A DNA stretch of 64,000 nucleotides from a bacterium (GTDB taxonomy: Bacteria; Acidobacteriota; Thermoanaerobaculia; Multivoradales; J023): NCBI GenBank assembly GCA_024226315.1, contig JAAELT010000305.1:18304-82303 (forward strand), written 5' to 3'. Shown in pieces: positions 1 to 8,610 of this stretch. How positions within the stretch are numbered: position 1 is the first letter of the stretch; every line of letters begins with the position of its first letter. The position numbers and the translations under genes were made by a program. Under the pieces are notes generated by a model. The model searched no databases and had not been told where the DNA came from. It saw only the letters and a program-made list of their open reading frames with translations.

Positions 1-2984
1 GGGTCGTAGCCCGTCAGGTCGGCGGCCGGATCCACCGGGCCGGTGCGGGAGGTCGACTCCGCCCGCTCCCACATCCGGACGAAGTTCTCCGCCGAGCTCC
101 ACAGGTTGTTGGTGTCGACTCCGAGGTTTTCCAGGTCCTCCACCAGGTCGGGCAGCTGCCCGACGTCGCCGGCACCATGGATGTCGAAGGTGGAGCCCAC
201 CGGGTCGGTCTGGGCGGCGGCATCGCAGTCCTGCTCCGCTCGCAGGACGGCCCCGCTGCAGGCGCCGTTCTGGAGCACCCCGGCCGAGGTCTGATCCTGG
301 TGGTAGAAGCGCGGCCGCGTCTGCTTGATGAAGCCGTTGTGATCGGCACCGAAGGCGATGTCCACCCCCAGCTCGTTGGCGCCGTAGGTGAACGCCTGGG
401 CGAACGACTTGCTCGACCCTTCACAGTCGTCAGCGACCCCGGAGAAGAGATAGGTTCGGGCCGACGCCGGGTCGGGCCGCATGCCGAACATGCCGCCGGT
501 CTTGCGGATCATCTGAATCTCCCACACCGGGGAGGTCTTCTCGTGCGCGCTCGTGGCCGGCGGCATGATGTCGCGGAAGTGGCCGTGCGAGGTGTAGAGC
601 GGGAAGAAGTCGTTGGCCTCGGACAGCGCGAAGGTCTCCTCCCGCGCCAGCTCCGACATGTGGGAGAGGTCAATCGGCATTCCGAGGTTCATCATCTCCT
701 GGAGGAAGTCGTGGCCCTCCTGGGTGAGGCCGCGCACGTTGCGGCAGGTGCCGTCCGGCCCCAGCTCGACGTCGAAGCCGAACACCGGGTCACCGCAGTC
801 GATGTCCTCGTGGCAGGTGTTCTGGAGCTGGAAGAACTGGAAGATCTCGTTGTGCAGAGCGGCACCGCCGAAGCGGTTGTCCTCCTCGTGGATCGGGATG
901 ATCGTCCGCACACCGCGGTCGTGGAAATCGTGCAGGCGGGCGATCGGATCGGAGATGCCCTCGAAAACGTGCGAGGACTCCACCCCCAGCACCATCGCCA
1001 TCTTGCCGTCGCGGATGATCTGGCGGGCGTGCAACGGCGACAGCGCGATCTCCACCCACGAGCGCGAGGCGGCGAAGGCGGTGGCGTCGTCGAGCTGGGT
1101 GACGATGTCCGCGTACGGGTCGCAGCTCGGACGGTCCAGGTTGCCGGGCGGCATCAGCTGGCAGAGGATGTCGTAGGTCTGCGCCAGCATCACCGTGAGC
1201 TTCATGCCCTCGTCGTGGGCGTCCTCGAGCCAGTCCTCCCAGGCCGCCTGGTGGGCGATGGCGTCCCAGCGCGGCCAGCCGACGCCGGGGTCGGTGCGCT
1301 TGGGATGCAGGCCGGTGTCGCCGGCGGTGCCGTCGGTGGGGTCGACGCCCGTGAGACCGATGAGCTCGCTGAGGATCGGGCCGCTCAGGTCGAGGAAGAC
1401 CTGCACCTCGGGACCGTGCAGGAACGGGCCGCAGTCGCGGATGCCGTCCCAGAAGCTCGAGACGTTGTCGCGCAAACGGCCGTGATCGCTGCCGATGCCG
1501 CCGCCGTCGCAAACCGTCTGCGGCGAGGTCGTGGAGCCGTGGTACCAGCCGCCGCCCCAGGCGTGCTCGGCGAAGATGTGGGAGTGGATGTCGGCCAGGC
1601 CGGTGATCGGCCCGTAGGGATCGTAGGGCCTGAGATCGCCCCGGCAAATGCCGCCGGGGGTCCCGAACAGGCGCCGGATCTGGTCCGGGGTCAGCGGCAC
1701 GGCGTGGATGGTGAATTCGTCGAGCGACCCCTGGTAGGGGTTCGACACCACCGCCCCCGGGTCTTCCAGGGGCCGGGCACCCGCCAGCCACAGCTGCGCC
1801 GTGTTGCCGTAGGCGCCGCCGGGGAACGCGCTGTGCGCCTCCACCTCACCGTCGACCACCAGGGTCACCGCCTCCTGCTCGACGACCGCCGCCACGTGGT
1901 GCCAGGTGTCGTCGGCCACGTAGCTGCTCGCGGCGAATTCGTACTCCTTGGCGCCGTCCTCCAGGCGGAAGACCGCGCGGCCCTCGTCGAGCACCATCGA
2001 CCAGCCGCGGTTGCCGGTCTCGGACACCTTCTCGCGCTTGTCGGCCAGGGTGCCGTACTTCTCCGCGGTGCGGATCCACAGCTCCACGGTGAGCCCGCAG
2101 GCGCCCTCGCCGGATTCGTCGCAGCCGCCCAGGTCGAAAGCGTCGTCGTGGGCCACGAGCGCGTGCGCCTTCTGGCCGTCGAACCTCAGGCCGCTCTCGA
2201 TCCTGCCCGCGACCTCCTCCGGATGGTTGATCAACTCGGCGTCGCCGGTGCCGGCCAGGTTCGTGCCGCGGCCCTCGTCGAAGGGGAAGAACGCCGCCAG
2301 CCCGGTGTCCGGAGCGTAGCGGTCGGTGCAGGTCTGGGGTGCCGCCGCCCCGGTCCGGATGTCGTGCACGTACTCCACCACCAGGCCGCCGAAGGCACCG
2401 TTCTCCGGGTCCTTGGCGGTCACCTTGGCGGGGCCCTCGCTCTCCCAGGTGGGGGCGTGGAAGGTGAGGGTCGTGGGCGTCACGTGCAGGATCTCCTCCG
2501 GGCTGATCTGCACGATGCCGCTGGGCATCTCCACGATCACGAAACTCTTGCCGGTGAAGCCCTGGCCCGAGAGCACGATCACCTCACGGTCGCGCCCTTC
2601 CTGGCCGGTGGTCACGAACGCCGGCGAGACCTTCTTCACCACCAGCTCCACCCCGCTGGGGCATTCGCCGTCCGCGCAGGATCTCTCATCGGGCGTACAG
2701 CCCTGGATGGGAAAGTGCGAACAGCTGTTGTTGTCGGCGTCGCACAGATCCTTGGTGCACGGGTCACGGTCGTCACAGTGCTGGTTCTCCTCGCAGCACC
2801 GGCCGAAGTCCCCGTAGTCGGGCCCTTCGAGCCAGCTGTAGGTACACTCCCCGCCCGCCAGCACGTCCTTGGTACAGACACGGCCGTCGTCGCACTCCTG
2901 GGCCAGAGCCGGGAGCGCGAGGGACATGAGCAGGAAACAGAGGGCGAGAATTGAGTGGTGGGGTCGTCGGGTCGATCGGGTCAT
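1..2984 (-). CDS. Secreted multidomain protein, truncated by window start (C-terminus missing): signal peptide, Cys-rich region, Ig/TIG-like, LamG/concanavalin-like domain, C-terminal amidohydrolase-superfamily (membrane-dipeptidase M19-like) domain
   Basis: Reverse-strand reading from ATG at 2984 (GGAGGAGG SD 6 nt upstream) gives MTRSTRRPHHSILALCFLLMSLALPALAQECDDGRVCTKD... with no stop down to position 1. LamG-like stretch GLTVELWIRT...WHHVAAVV. C-terminal DIHSHIF, LGVESSH, IDLSHMSE, GADHNGF motifs. It is not in the ORF track because it has no in-window stop; the long + ORF 177..2954 is its in-register antisense shadow. Confidence 0.7.
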   Translation of the reverse strand, partial: MTRSTRRPHHSILALCFLLMSLALPALAQECDDGRVCTKDVLAGGECTYSWLEGPDYGDFGRCCEENQHCDDRDPCTKDLCDADNNSCSHFPIQGCTPDERSCADGECPSGVELVVKKVSPAFVTTGQEGRDREVIVLSGQGFTGKSFVIVEMPSGIVQISPEEILHVTPTTLTFHAPTWESEGPAKVTAKDPENGAFGGLVVEYVHDIRTGAAAPQTCTDRYAPDTGLAAFFPFDEGRGTNLAGTGDAELINHPEEVAGRIESGLRFDGQKAHALVAHDDAFDLGGCDESGEGACGLTVELWIRTAEKYGTLADKREKVSETGNRGWSMVLDEGRAVFRLEDGAKEYEFAASSYVADDTWHHVAAVVEQEAVTLVVDGEVEAHSAFPGGAYGNTAQLWLAGARPLEDPGAVVSNPYQGSLDEFTIHAVPLTPDQIRRLFGTPGGICRGDLRPYDPYGPITGLADIHSHIFAEHAWGGGWYHGSTTSPQTVCDGGGIGSDHGRLRDNVSSFWDGIRDCGPFLHGPEVQVFLDLSGPILSELIGLTGVDPTDGTAGDTGLHPKRTDPGVGWPRWDAIAHQAAWEDWLEDAHDEGMKLTVMLAQTYDILCQLMPPGNLDRPSCDPYADIVTQLDDATAFAASRSWVEIALSPLHARQIIRDGKMAMVLGVESSHVFEGISDPIARLHDFHDRGVRTIIPIHEEDNRFGGAALHNEIFQFFQLQNTCHEDIDCGDPVFGFDVELGPDGTCRNVRGLTQEGHDFLQEMMNLGMPIDLSHMSELAREETFALSEANDFFPLYTSHGHFRDIMPPATSAHEKTSPVWEIQMIRKTGGMFGMRPDPASARTYLFSGVADDCEGSSKSFAQAFTYGANELGVDIAFGADHNGFIKQTRPRFYHQDQTSAGVLQNGACSGAVLRAEQDCDAAAQTDPVGSTFDIHGAGDVGQLPDLVEDLENLGVDTNNLWSSAENFVRMWERAESTSRTGPVDPAADLTGYD

Positions 2985-3245
2985 GGTGGCCTCCTCCAGT
3001 TGAAAGTTCGAGCAGCGCGGGCCAATACGGGTAGCCATCGCAACGCTCCTGTCTGGAGTAGCGCACCGGGGAGGGAGACCTTGTCAGGCGGCATCGAGCT
3101 CGCCTGCCCCGCACCAACGGACGCTTCGCCTGTGGCCCTTATTCAGCTGGGGTCAGGAGGCATGCTGATCGTGCTCTATCATGGGCTCCACCACGACTGC
3201 CCCCAACGCGCCATCGTGCCCACCCGTCAATAGAGGACTAGAAAC

Positions 3246-3350
3246 ATGATCACAGGCGCCCACTCCGTTATCTACAGCACCGATCCCGAGGCCGACCGCA
3301 CCTTCCTGCGCGACGTGCTCGAGCTGACCCACGACCTGGCCCGTCAAGCC
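3246..3350 (+). pseudogene. VOC/glyoxalase-family gene fragment (only ~30 N-terminal codons retained)
   Basis: MITGAHSVIYSTDPEADRTFLRDVLEL matches the typical N-terminus of VOC/glyoxalase-like proteins. Similarity is lost after ~30 residues, where the ORF runs into the 3' end of the convergent yaaA gene. Confidence 0.45.
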
Positions 3351-3354
3351 TTGC

Positions 3355-4143
3355 TCAACGGGAAACGGGCGGCGGCTGGGGACGGTGGAACTCCCAGCGC
3401 GTCTCGGTGGAGAGGGCGTCTTGCAGCACGTAGCCGCCACCGTCGAAGGCACGCAGCTGGTCCGCGGAGGTCGCCCGGTTCTGAGTCGCCCACCGTACCA
3501 TCTGGCCACGGGCTGCTTTGGCGAAGAAGGAGAGCACTCGCGCCTTTCCTTCTTTGACGTCCTTGAAGACCGGGGTGATGAGCGGGCCCGCGAGCTTCTC
3601 GGGTTGGACCGAGCTGAAGTACTCCCCGGAGGCGAGGTTCACGACTGTGCGGTCGTCGCGCCCCTCGGTGAGCTGATTCAGCTGCTCCGTGATGCGCTGA
3701 CCCCAGAAGGTGTAGAGATCCTTGCCGCGCCGCGTCCTGAGCTTGGTGCCCATCTCGAGCCGATAGGGCTGGATCAGGTCCAGGGGCCGCAGGGCGCCGT
3801 AGAGCCCGGACAGGATCGCCACGTGTTCCTGGGCGAAGGCGAGGTCCTCACCGCTCAGGGTGCTGGCGTCGAGACCGCGGTAGACATCGCCGTTGAAGGT
3901 CAACACGGCTTGTCGGGCGTTCTCCGTCGTGAACGGCGTCACCCAGTCCCGGAAGCGTTGGCGGTTGAGCACGGCGAGCTTGTCGCTGATGCCCATGAGT
4001 GCCTGGAGCTTGGGCGCGCTCAGACGCCGAGTCGTCTTCATCAGCGTCTCGGTCTGATCGAGCATCGCCGGCTGAGTCGCCGGCAGACCGGGTACGGCGG
4101 ATCCTTCGACGAGGCTCTTGGCTGGGGACAGCAACATCAGCAT
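3355..4143 (-). CDS. yaaA: YaaA-family peroxide stress protein (UPF0246/DUF328)
   Basis: MLMLLSPAKSL... N-terminus typical of YaaA. GGAGG 8 nt upstream of the ATG at 4143 (the track ORF starts 5 codons earlier, at 4158). Confidence 0.85.
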   Translation of the reverse strand: MLMLLSPAKSLVEGSAVPGLPATQPAMLDQTETLMKTTRRLSAPKLQALMGISDKLAVLNRQRFRDWVTPFTTENARQAVLTFNGDVYRGLDASTLSGEDLAFAQEHVAILSGLYGALRPLDLIQPYRLEMGTKLRTRRGKDLYTFWGQRITEQLNQLTEGRDDRTVVNLASGEYFSSVQPEKLAGPLITPVFKDVKEGKARVLSFFAKAARGQMVRWATQNRATSADQLRAFDGGGYVLQDALSTETRWEFHRPQPPPVSR

Positions 4144-4195
4144 GGGGTGGACCTCCAAATCAGGGAGCGCAGCTTAGCCGCCGTCGGCGCACCCG

Positions 4196-5278
4196 TCAAC
4201 GCCCGGCGCTGAAGCGGGAGTGCTTTGAGAAGAAGTCCCAGATGATGTCGTTGCCAAAGTTGTCGGCATCATCCCGCGGCCAATCGTGCGCGCCGTCCCA
4301 GGCGCAGTGAACGACTTCGGCGCCGGTCGTGCAGCCGTCGTGCTGGATGCACGCGAGGCCGAAGGCGCCGGTCCGCGAGGTCTGGTAGGGGGTGCTCGCC
4401 GGGTCGCAGCCCTGCGACTTCGCGCTCGCCCACTTCTTCATCACATCCTCGGCCGAGGTGTAGTAGTAGCCGTCGGAGCTCTCGACGCCCTTCTGCGACA
4501 CGTAGTCGTCGCGCGTGCCGTAGACGTTCATCATCGACAGCGGCGTCGAGGCGCCGGGGGCGCAGTTGAACCCGCGAGCCAGCGTGCCGCCGACGGGAGC
4601 GATGGCGGCGAGGCGCTCCGGCATTGCGCAGCCGAGGCGGTGAACGAGCATGCCGCCGTTGCTCATGCCGGTGGCGTAGATCCGATCGAGGTCGATGCAC
4701 AGGGTCTCCTCGAGCCGGTCGAGCATGAGCTCGATGAAGCCGAGGTCGTCGTGACAGCTGGCCCAGTTGCAGGGGCGGGCCTCGCCGCACTCCGGGGGGT
4801 GCGGGTACTTGTCGGCGGTCTCCGCGCAGATCGGTCCCGCCGGGCCGGGCGAGGCGCTGCCGGCGAGGTCGTTCCACGAGGTGATGCTGTGGCCCTCGTC
4901 GGTCACGAACGCGGTGCTCTGGGGGTAGACCACCGCGTAACCGTACTCGTCCGCGTGCCGGCTCAGCCCGGTGTAGCTCTCCGTGGACTCAGCCGTGCCG
5001 GTGTAGCCATGAAAGTGCAGGACCAGGCTCACCGCGCGGCCCGGATCGTAATCAGGCGGCAGGTGCACCCGGTACTCCCGCTCGAGACCGCCGGCGCGCA
5101 TGGCGACGGTTCCGGACTTCCCCGGCACCACGGGTGGCGGCGTGCCGCAGCCGGCGCTGGCGCGCACGGCCGCGCGAACCGCTACCGGAGCTGAGGACGC
5201 GCCGGAGGCACACGCTCCGGTCAGGGAAGTTGCCAGCAAGACCGCGGCGATGGTCGTTCTCCAGGCGGCGGCGTCCAT
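4196..5278 (-). CDS. Secreted lipoprotein esterase, PHB-depolymerase-like alpha/beta hydrolase
   Basis: Signal peptide with lipobox LTGAC; LHFHGYTG and GMSNGGM (nucleophile elbow) motifs. Proposed start is the internal ATG at 5278 (GAGGGG SD); the track ORF extends to 5386. Confidence 0.7.
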   Translation of the reverse strand: MDAAAWRTTIAAVLLATSLTGACASGASSAPVAVRAAVRASAGCGTPPPVVPGKSGTVAMRAGGLEREYRVHLPPDYDPGRAVSLVLHFHGYTGTAESTESYTGLSRHADEYGYAVVYPQSTAFVTDEGHSITSWNDLAGSASPGPAGPICAETADKYPHPPECGEARPCNWASCHDDLGFIELMLDRLEETLCIDLDRIYATGMSNGGMLVHRLGCAMPERLAAIAPVGGTLARGFNCAPGASTPLSMMNVYGTRDDYVSQKGVESSDGYYYTSAEDVMKKWASAKSQGCDPASTPYQTSRTGAFGLACIQHDGCTTGAEVVHCAWDGAHDWPRDDADNFGNDIIWDFFSKHSRFSAGR

Positions 5279-5386
5279 CGGCACCCCTCGTCGCTCGAGC
5301 TCGGTGCCGGTGGCGCCGTCGAGCAGAATCAGCTCGCCCATCGCGATGCGAGCCGACAGGTCGTCCATAGGAGACGGATTCGACAT
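5279..5386 (-). pseudogene. N-terminal remnant of a homocysteine S-methyltransferase (PF02574; MmuM/BHMT-like) fused in frame upstream of the esterase
   Basis: MSNPSPMDDLSARIAMGELILLDGATGTELERRGVPMDAAAW aligns with the E. coli MmuM N-terminus MSQNNPLRALLDKQDILLLDGAMATELEARGCNLADSLW. Similarity stops where the esterase signal peptide begins. Confidence 0.45.
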
Positions 5387-5399
5387 GGGTGAGAACGGC

Positions 5400-6926
5400 T
5401 CAGCGCGACTCGTCTGCCGCTCGGTCCTCCTCGAGCCATTTGAGCAACGACGCCACGCTGATCGCGATGACGAACATCAGCGGGAAGGCGACGACGATCG
5501 AGACCGTCTTGAGCGGCTCCAGCCCACCCAGGTACATCAGCGAGATCGCCATGGAACCGAGGGCCAGGGCCCAGAACAGCCGGTTCCAGCGCCGCGGCTC
5601 GCGCTTGCCGGCTTCGAGGTTTTTCGAAGCCACCGAGGCGATGGTGTAAGCGGAAGAGTCGACCGTGGTGGCGGAGTAGATGAAGCTCATCAGCAGGAAG
5701 ATCACCAGCATGAAGGTGCCGGCCGGCAGGTTCTCGACCACCGCCACGATCGCCGCCTGCCCGGAGACCTCACTCATGATCTTCGTCACCGGCACCTGGC
5801 CGGTGAGCTCGTCGTGGAGCGCCGTGTTGCCTAACAGGGCGAAGAACAGCCAGCACCCCAGGCTGCCCCAGACGACGTTGGCGACCACCACCTCGCGAAA
5901 GGTCCGCCCCTTGGAGATCCTGGCCACGAACAGACCCATGTAGGGAGCGTAGGCGATCCACCAGGCCCAGTAGAAGATCGTCCAGCTCTGGGGAAACGAC
6001 GACTCGCCCACCGGGTCGGTGTAGAAGCTCATCTGGAGGAAATTGCCGGCCATGAGCCCGAGGCTGTTGGTGAAGGTCTCGACGATGAAAACGGTCGGGC
6101 CGAGCAGGAGGATGAGAGCGCAAAGGCCGAGGCCGAGGAAGACGTTGACGTCCGAGAGCCACTTGATCCCCCGGTCGAGCCCCAGGTAGACGCTGGTACC
6201 GAAGATCGCCGTCCAGATGACAACGACGACAGCGTCTAGGCCGAAGCTGCGCTCGATGCCGAAGAGAGAGCTGATCGACTCCGACAGAATCGGCGTCCCC
6301 AACCCCAGGGACGTACCGGTGCCGCCGACCAGACCGAGGATGAAGAGGACGTCGATGATCTTGCCGACCAGGCCGTCGGCGCGATCACCGATGACGCCCC
6401 GGCAGGCCTGGCTGATCCTCAGGAAGGGAATCTTCTTGACGTGAAAGGCATAACCGATGGGCAGGGCGGGCAGGCAATAGATGGCCCAGGCGATAGGTCC
6501 CCAGTGGTACATGCCGTACATGGCCGCCCAGTGCGCCGCGTCCGTGGATCCAGGCTCGATGCCGAAGGGCGGCGCCTGGTAGTAGTAGACCCACTCGATC
6601 GTGGCCCAGTAGAGCAACGAGGTGCCGATACCGGCGCAGAAGAGCATGGCGATCCAGCTCACGGTGGAGAACTCGGGCCGGTCGTCGGCGTCGCCCAGCT
6701 TCACCCGGCCGTAACGGCCGAAGGCGAACCACAGCAGGAGGGCGAAGTTGGCCGCGGCGAACCACAGATAGAGCGAGCCGAACTGGTGGGTGGTGAAGCT
6801 CAGGACCCGCTTCAGCGCCACGTCGCTCTCCGCCGGCCACGCGACGAGCGGCAGGATCACCGCGATCACGCAGATCAGTGCGGGCCAGAAGACCTGGCGG
6901 TCGATGGGGGCGGATCGGTCACTCAT
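5400..6926 (-). CDS. BCCT-family (betaine/carnitine/choline) transporter
   Basis: BCCT signature WTIFYWAWWIAYAPYMGLFVARISKGRT; about 12 TM segments. Start moved to ATG 6926 (MSDRSAPID...); the upstream 80 codons of the track ORF are low-complexity overlap with hipA. Confidence 0.9.
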   Translation of the reverse strand: MSDRSAPIDRQVFWPALICVIAVILPLVAWPAESDVALKRVLSFTTHQFGSLYLWFAAANFALLLWFAFGRYGRVKLGDADDRPEFSTVSWIAMLFCAGIGTSLLYWATIEWVYYYQAPPFGIEPGSTDAAHWAAMYGMYHWGPIAWAIYCLPALPIGYAFHVKKIPFLRISQACRGVIGDRADGLVGKIIDVLFILGLVGGTGTSLGLGTPILSESISSLFGIERSFGLDAVVVVIWTAIFGTSVYLGLDRGIKWLSDVNVFLGLGLCALILLLGPTVFIVETFTNSLGLMAGNFLQMSFYTDPVGESSFPQSWTIFYWAWWIAYAPYMGLFVARISKGRTFREVVVANVVWGSLGCWLFFALLGNTALHDELTGQVPVTKIMSEVSGQAAIVAVVENLPAGTFMLVIFLLMSFIYSATTVDSSAYTIASVASKNLEAGKREPRRWNRLFWALALGSMAISLMYLGGLEPLKTVSIVVAFPLMFVIAISVASLLKWLEEDRAADESR

Positions 6927-6941
6927 AGATGGAATCCGGCG

Positions 6942-6972
6942 TTCTTTCAGACTACGAGACCCCCGGAACGGT
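6942..6972. repeat. ~31-bp dispersed repeat spanning the stop codon of hipA; second copy at 11985..12015 spanning the stop of the histidine kinase gene (3 mismatches)
   Basis: ttctttcagactacgagacccccggaacggt vs ttctctcagactacgaaacccccggcacggt. In both genes the reverse complement encodes the final residues TVPGVS* followed by TCTGARAGAA. Confidence 0.7.
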
Positions 6973-8223
6973 CCGGAACGCTCGTCGTGTGGCTTCGGCA
7001 CGCTCGCTGATGTCGTGGGTGATCTGCTCGAACATCGAACGCGCGGGATCTGGGGGCGACGGGGCGATTTCTTCGGCGAGCCGGCGGGCCTCGGCGGGGA
7101 GCCGTTCGGCCATCGCCAGCAGATCTCGGCGAACGCGTGGAGGGGCGAGGCCCACATCACGGGCAAAGCGCTCCCAGTGGCGCGGCAGGATCTGACCGAA
7201 GCGGTTTCTGCCGCCGACTTTCATCGCCATGCGACCCGTGTGATCGCGGTATACCGTCGTGCACAGGAGATCGTAGGCGGGCGCCAACCGCGTGCCTTCG
7301 GCCTCGTGGAGAAGCGCGAAGTTCTTGCCGTGGGCATCGGCATTGCCGATCAGATAGTTGAAGAGTACCCGTCGCAGCATCTCGAGGCGATCCAGCGCCG
7401 GTCGTGAGCAGGCTTCGAGCAGAGCGAACGACCGTGCGAGCGACGGACCGCCCTCGCCCTGATACTTGCGCTCGGGTGGGATGGCGAGCGCCTGGCAGAA
7501 GTCCTCCTGGTGCACACGCTGGATGAGGCCGTCCTCGGCGGGCGCACGATCGTAGCGCTCGATGAGGAGGAACTGAACGTCCTCGGCAGACGCCATCTCC
7601 ACCGCCGGCACCCGGATCCCCACGCGAGCCGCCAGCTTCATGCAGAAGCATTCGTTGGGCACGGTGTCGACGAACTGGGTGATCGCGGGCTTCAGGATGT
7701 GGGTCGTGGGGAAATCTCCCCGCGGCAGGAAGAAGGTCTCGTCGCTATGGACGAGAGCCATCTTGTCCTGGGCGCCGGCGAGCGACAGGCGCAGCTCGCC
7801 GCCGGCGTGAAGCGGGCGCCGGGGGAGATCACGCAGGAGCGCCGCCAACGCGGCCTCGTCCAGGGGCGCGAGGTCGCCGGCGCCCGCGGCCGGCGGCGGG
7901 ACGTCCGGTGGGTAGAACGCGATCGCGCCCGCGCATTCGCCGCCGACCTCGGCGAGGAGCGCAAAGTCGTTGTGTCGGGAGACGCCCAGGTGGCGAGCGA
8001 GGCGCTCGCGGGACAAATCGTCGGGCAGCAACCCGGCGAAGAACGGCCGCGCCACGCGGTCCTCGAATGCCGCTCCCTGCAGAGGCAGGGACAGAGAGAG
8101 CGGTCGGCGACCGGCTTGCCGGAGCCACTCCCCCCGGTAACTGAAGGTGAGGCGCCCCGAGTCCTCCTGCCGCAGCGTGCCAACCACCTCTCCCTGGAGA
8201 TAGACGGTGAGATCCCTAGCCAA
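6952..8223 (-). CDS. hipA: HipA-family serine/threonine kinase toxin
   Basis: PLSLSLPLQ, SLAGAQDKMAL and D-x-H-x-K-N motifs. Probable TTG start at 8223 with GGAGGA SD, overlapping the hipB stop. Confidence 0.8.
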   Translation of the reverse strand: MARDLTVYLQGEVVGTLRQEDSGRLTFSYRGEWLRQAGRRPLSLSLPLQGAAFEDRVARPFFAGLLPDDLSRERLARHLGVSRHNDFALLAEVGGECAGAIAFYPPDVPPPAAGAGDLAPLDEAALAALLRDLPRRPLHAGGELRLSLAGAQDKMALVHSDETFFLPRGDFPTTHILKPAITQFVDTVPNECFCMKLAARVGIRVPAVEMASAEDVQFLLIERYDRAPAEDGLIQRVHQEDFCQALAIPPERKYQGEGGPSLARSFALLEACSRPALDRLEMLRRVLFNYLIGNADAHGKNFALLHEAEGTRLAPAYDLLCTTVYRDHTGRMAMKVGGRNRFGQILPRHWERFARDVGLAPPRVRRDLLAMAERLPAEARRLAEEIAPSPPDPARSMFEQITHDISERAEATRRAFRTVPGVS

Positions 8224-8476
8224 TGCGATCCTCCGGGAGCTCGAGCACGACCCGCAGCCCGAGCATGTTGAGCACACGGAGCACGTGACCGATCCCGGCG
8301 GTCTCCCGGCCGCGCTCCAACTCGCTCAAGAAACGCCGACTGACGCCGCAGGCGGCGGCGAGGTCTTCCTGGGTCATGCCTTGAGCCCTGCGCTCGATCC
8401 GGACGGCGCGGCCGAGCTCGTCGATCGACTGGATAATTCGTTTCATGATCCCGATCGGGAACTTCTCTCCGATCAA
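8216..8476 (-). CDS. hipB: HipB-like XRE-family HTH antitoxin
   Basis: HTH_XRE motif QGMTQEDLAAACGVSRRFLSELERG; immediately upstream of and overlapping hipA. Confidence 0.75.
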   Translation of the reverse strand: MIGEKFPIGIMKRIIQSIDELGRAVRIERRAQGMTQEDLAAACGVSRRFLSELERGRETAGIGHVLRVLNMLGLRVVLELPEDRIG

Positions 8477-8610
8477 ACCGTTTGATGGCGAAGATGTTCC
8501 CGAACGGGATCATATCGCGATTCCTAGCCAGAGGACCGGACAATGATCCCGCTCGGGATCATTGTCTTCGATTCTCGCGGGCGTGCGTTCAGACGAGAGA
8601 TACTGAGCCG

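Noticed and set aside
177-2954. 925-aa + strand ORF, the longest in the track
   Set aside because: Gly/Arg/Val/Ala/Leu/Asp/Glu/His-rich low-complexity antisense translation with no start context. The opposite strand in the same register encodes a coherent signal-peptide/LamG/amidohydrolase protein with a strong SD.
3385-4212. 275-aa + ORF overlapping yaaA
   Set aside because: Antisense to yaaA, which has an unmistakable family N-terminus and SD.
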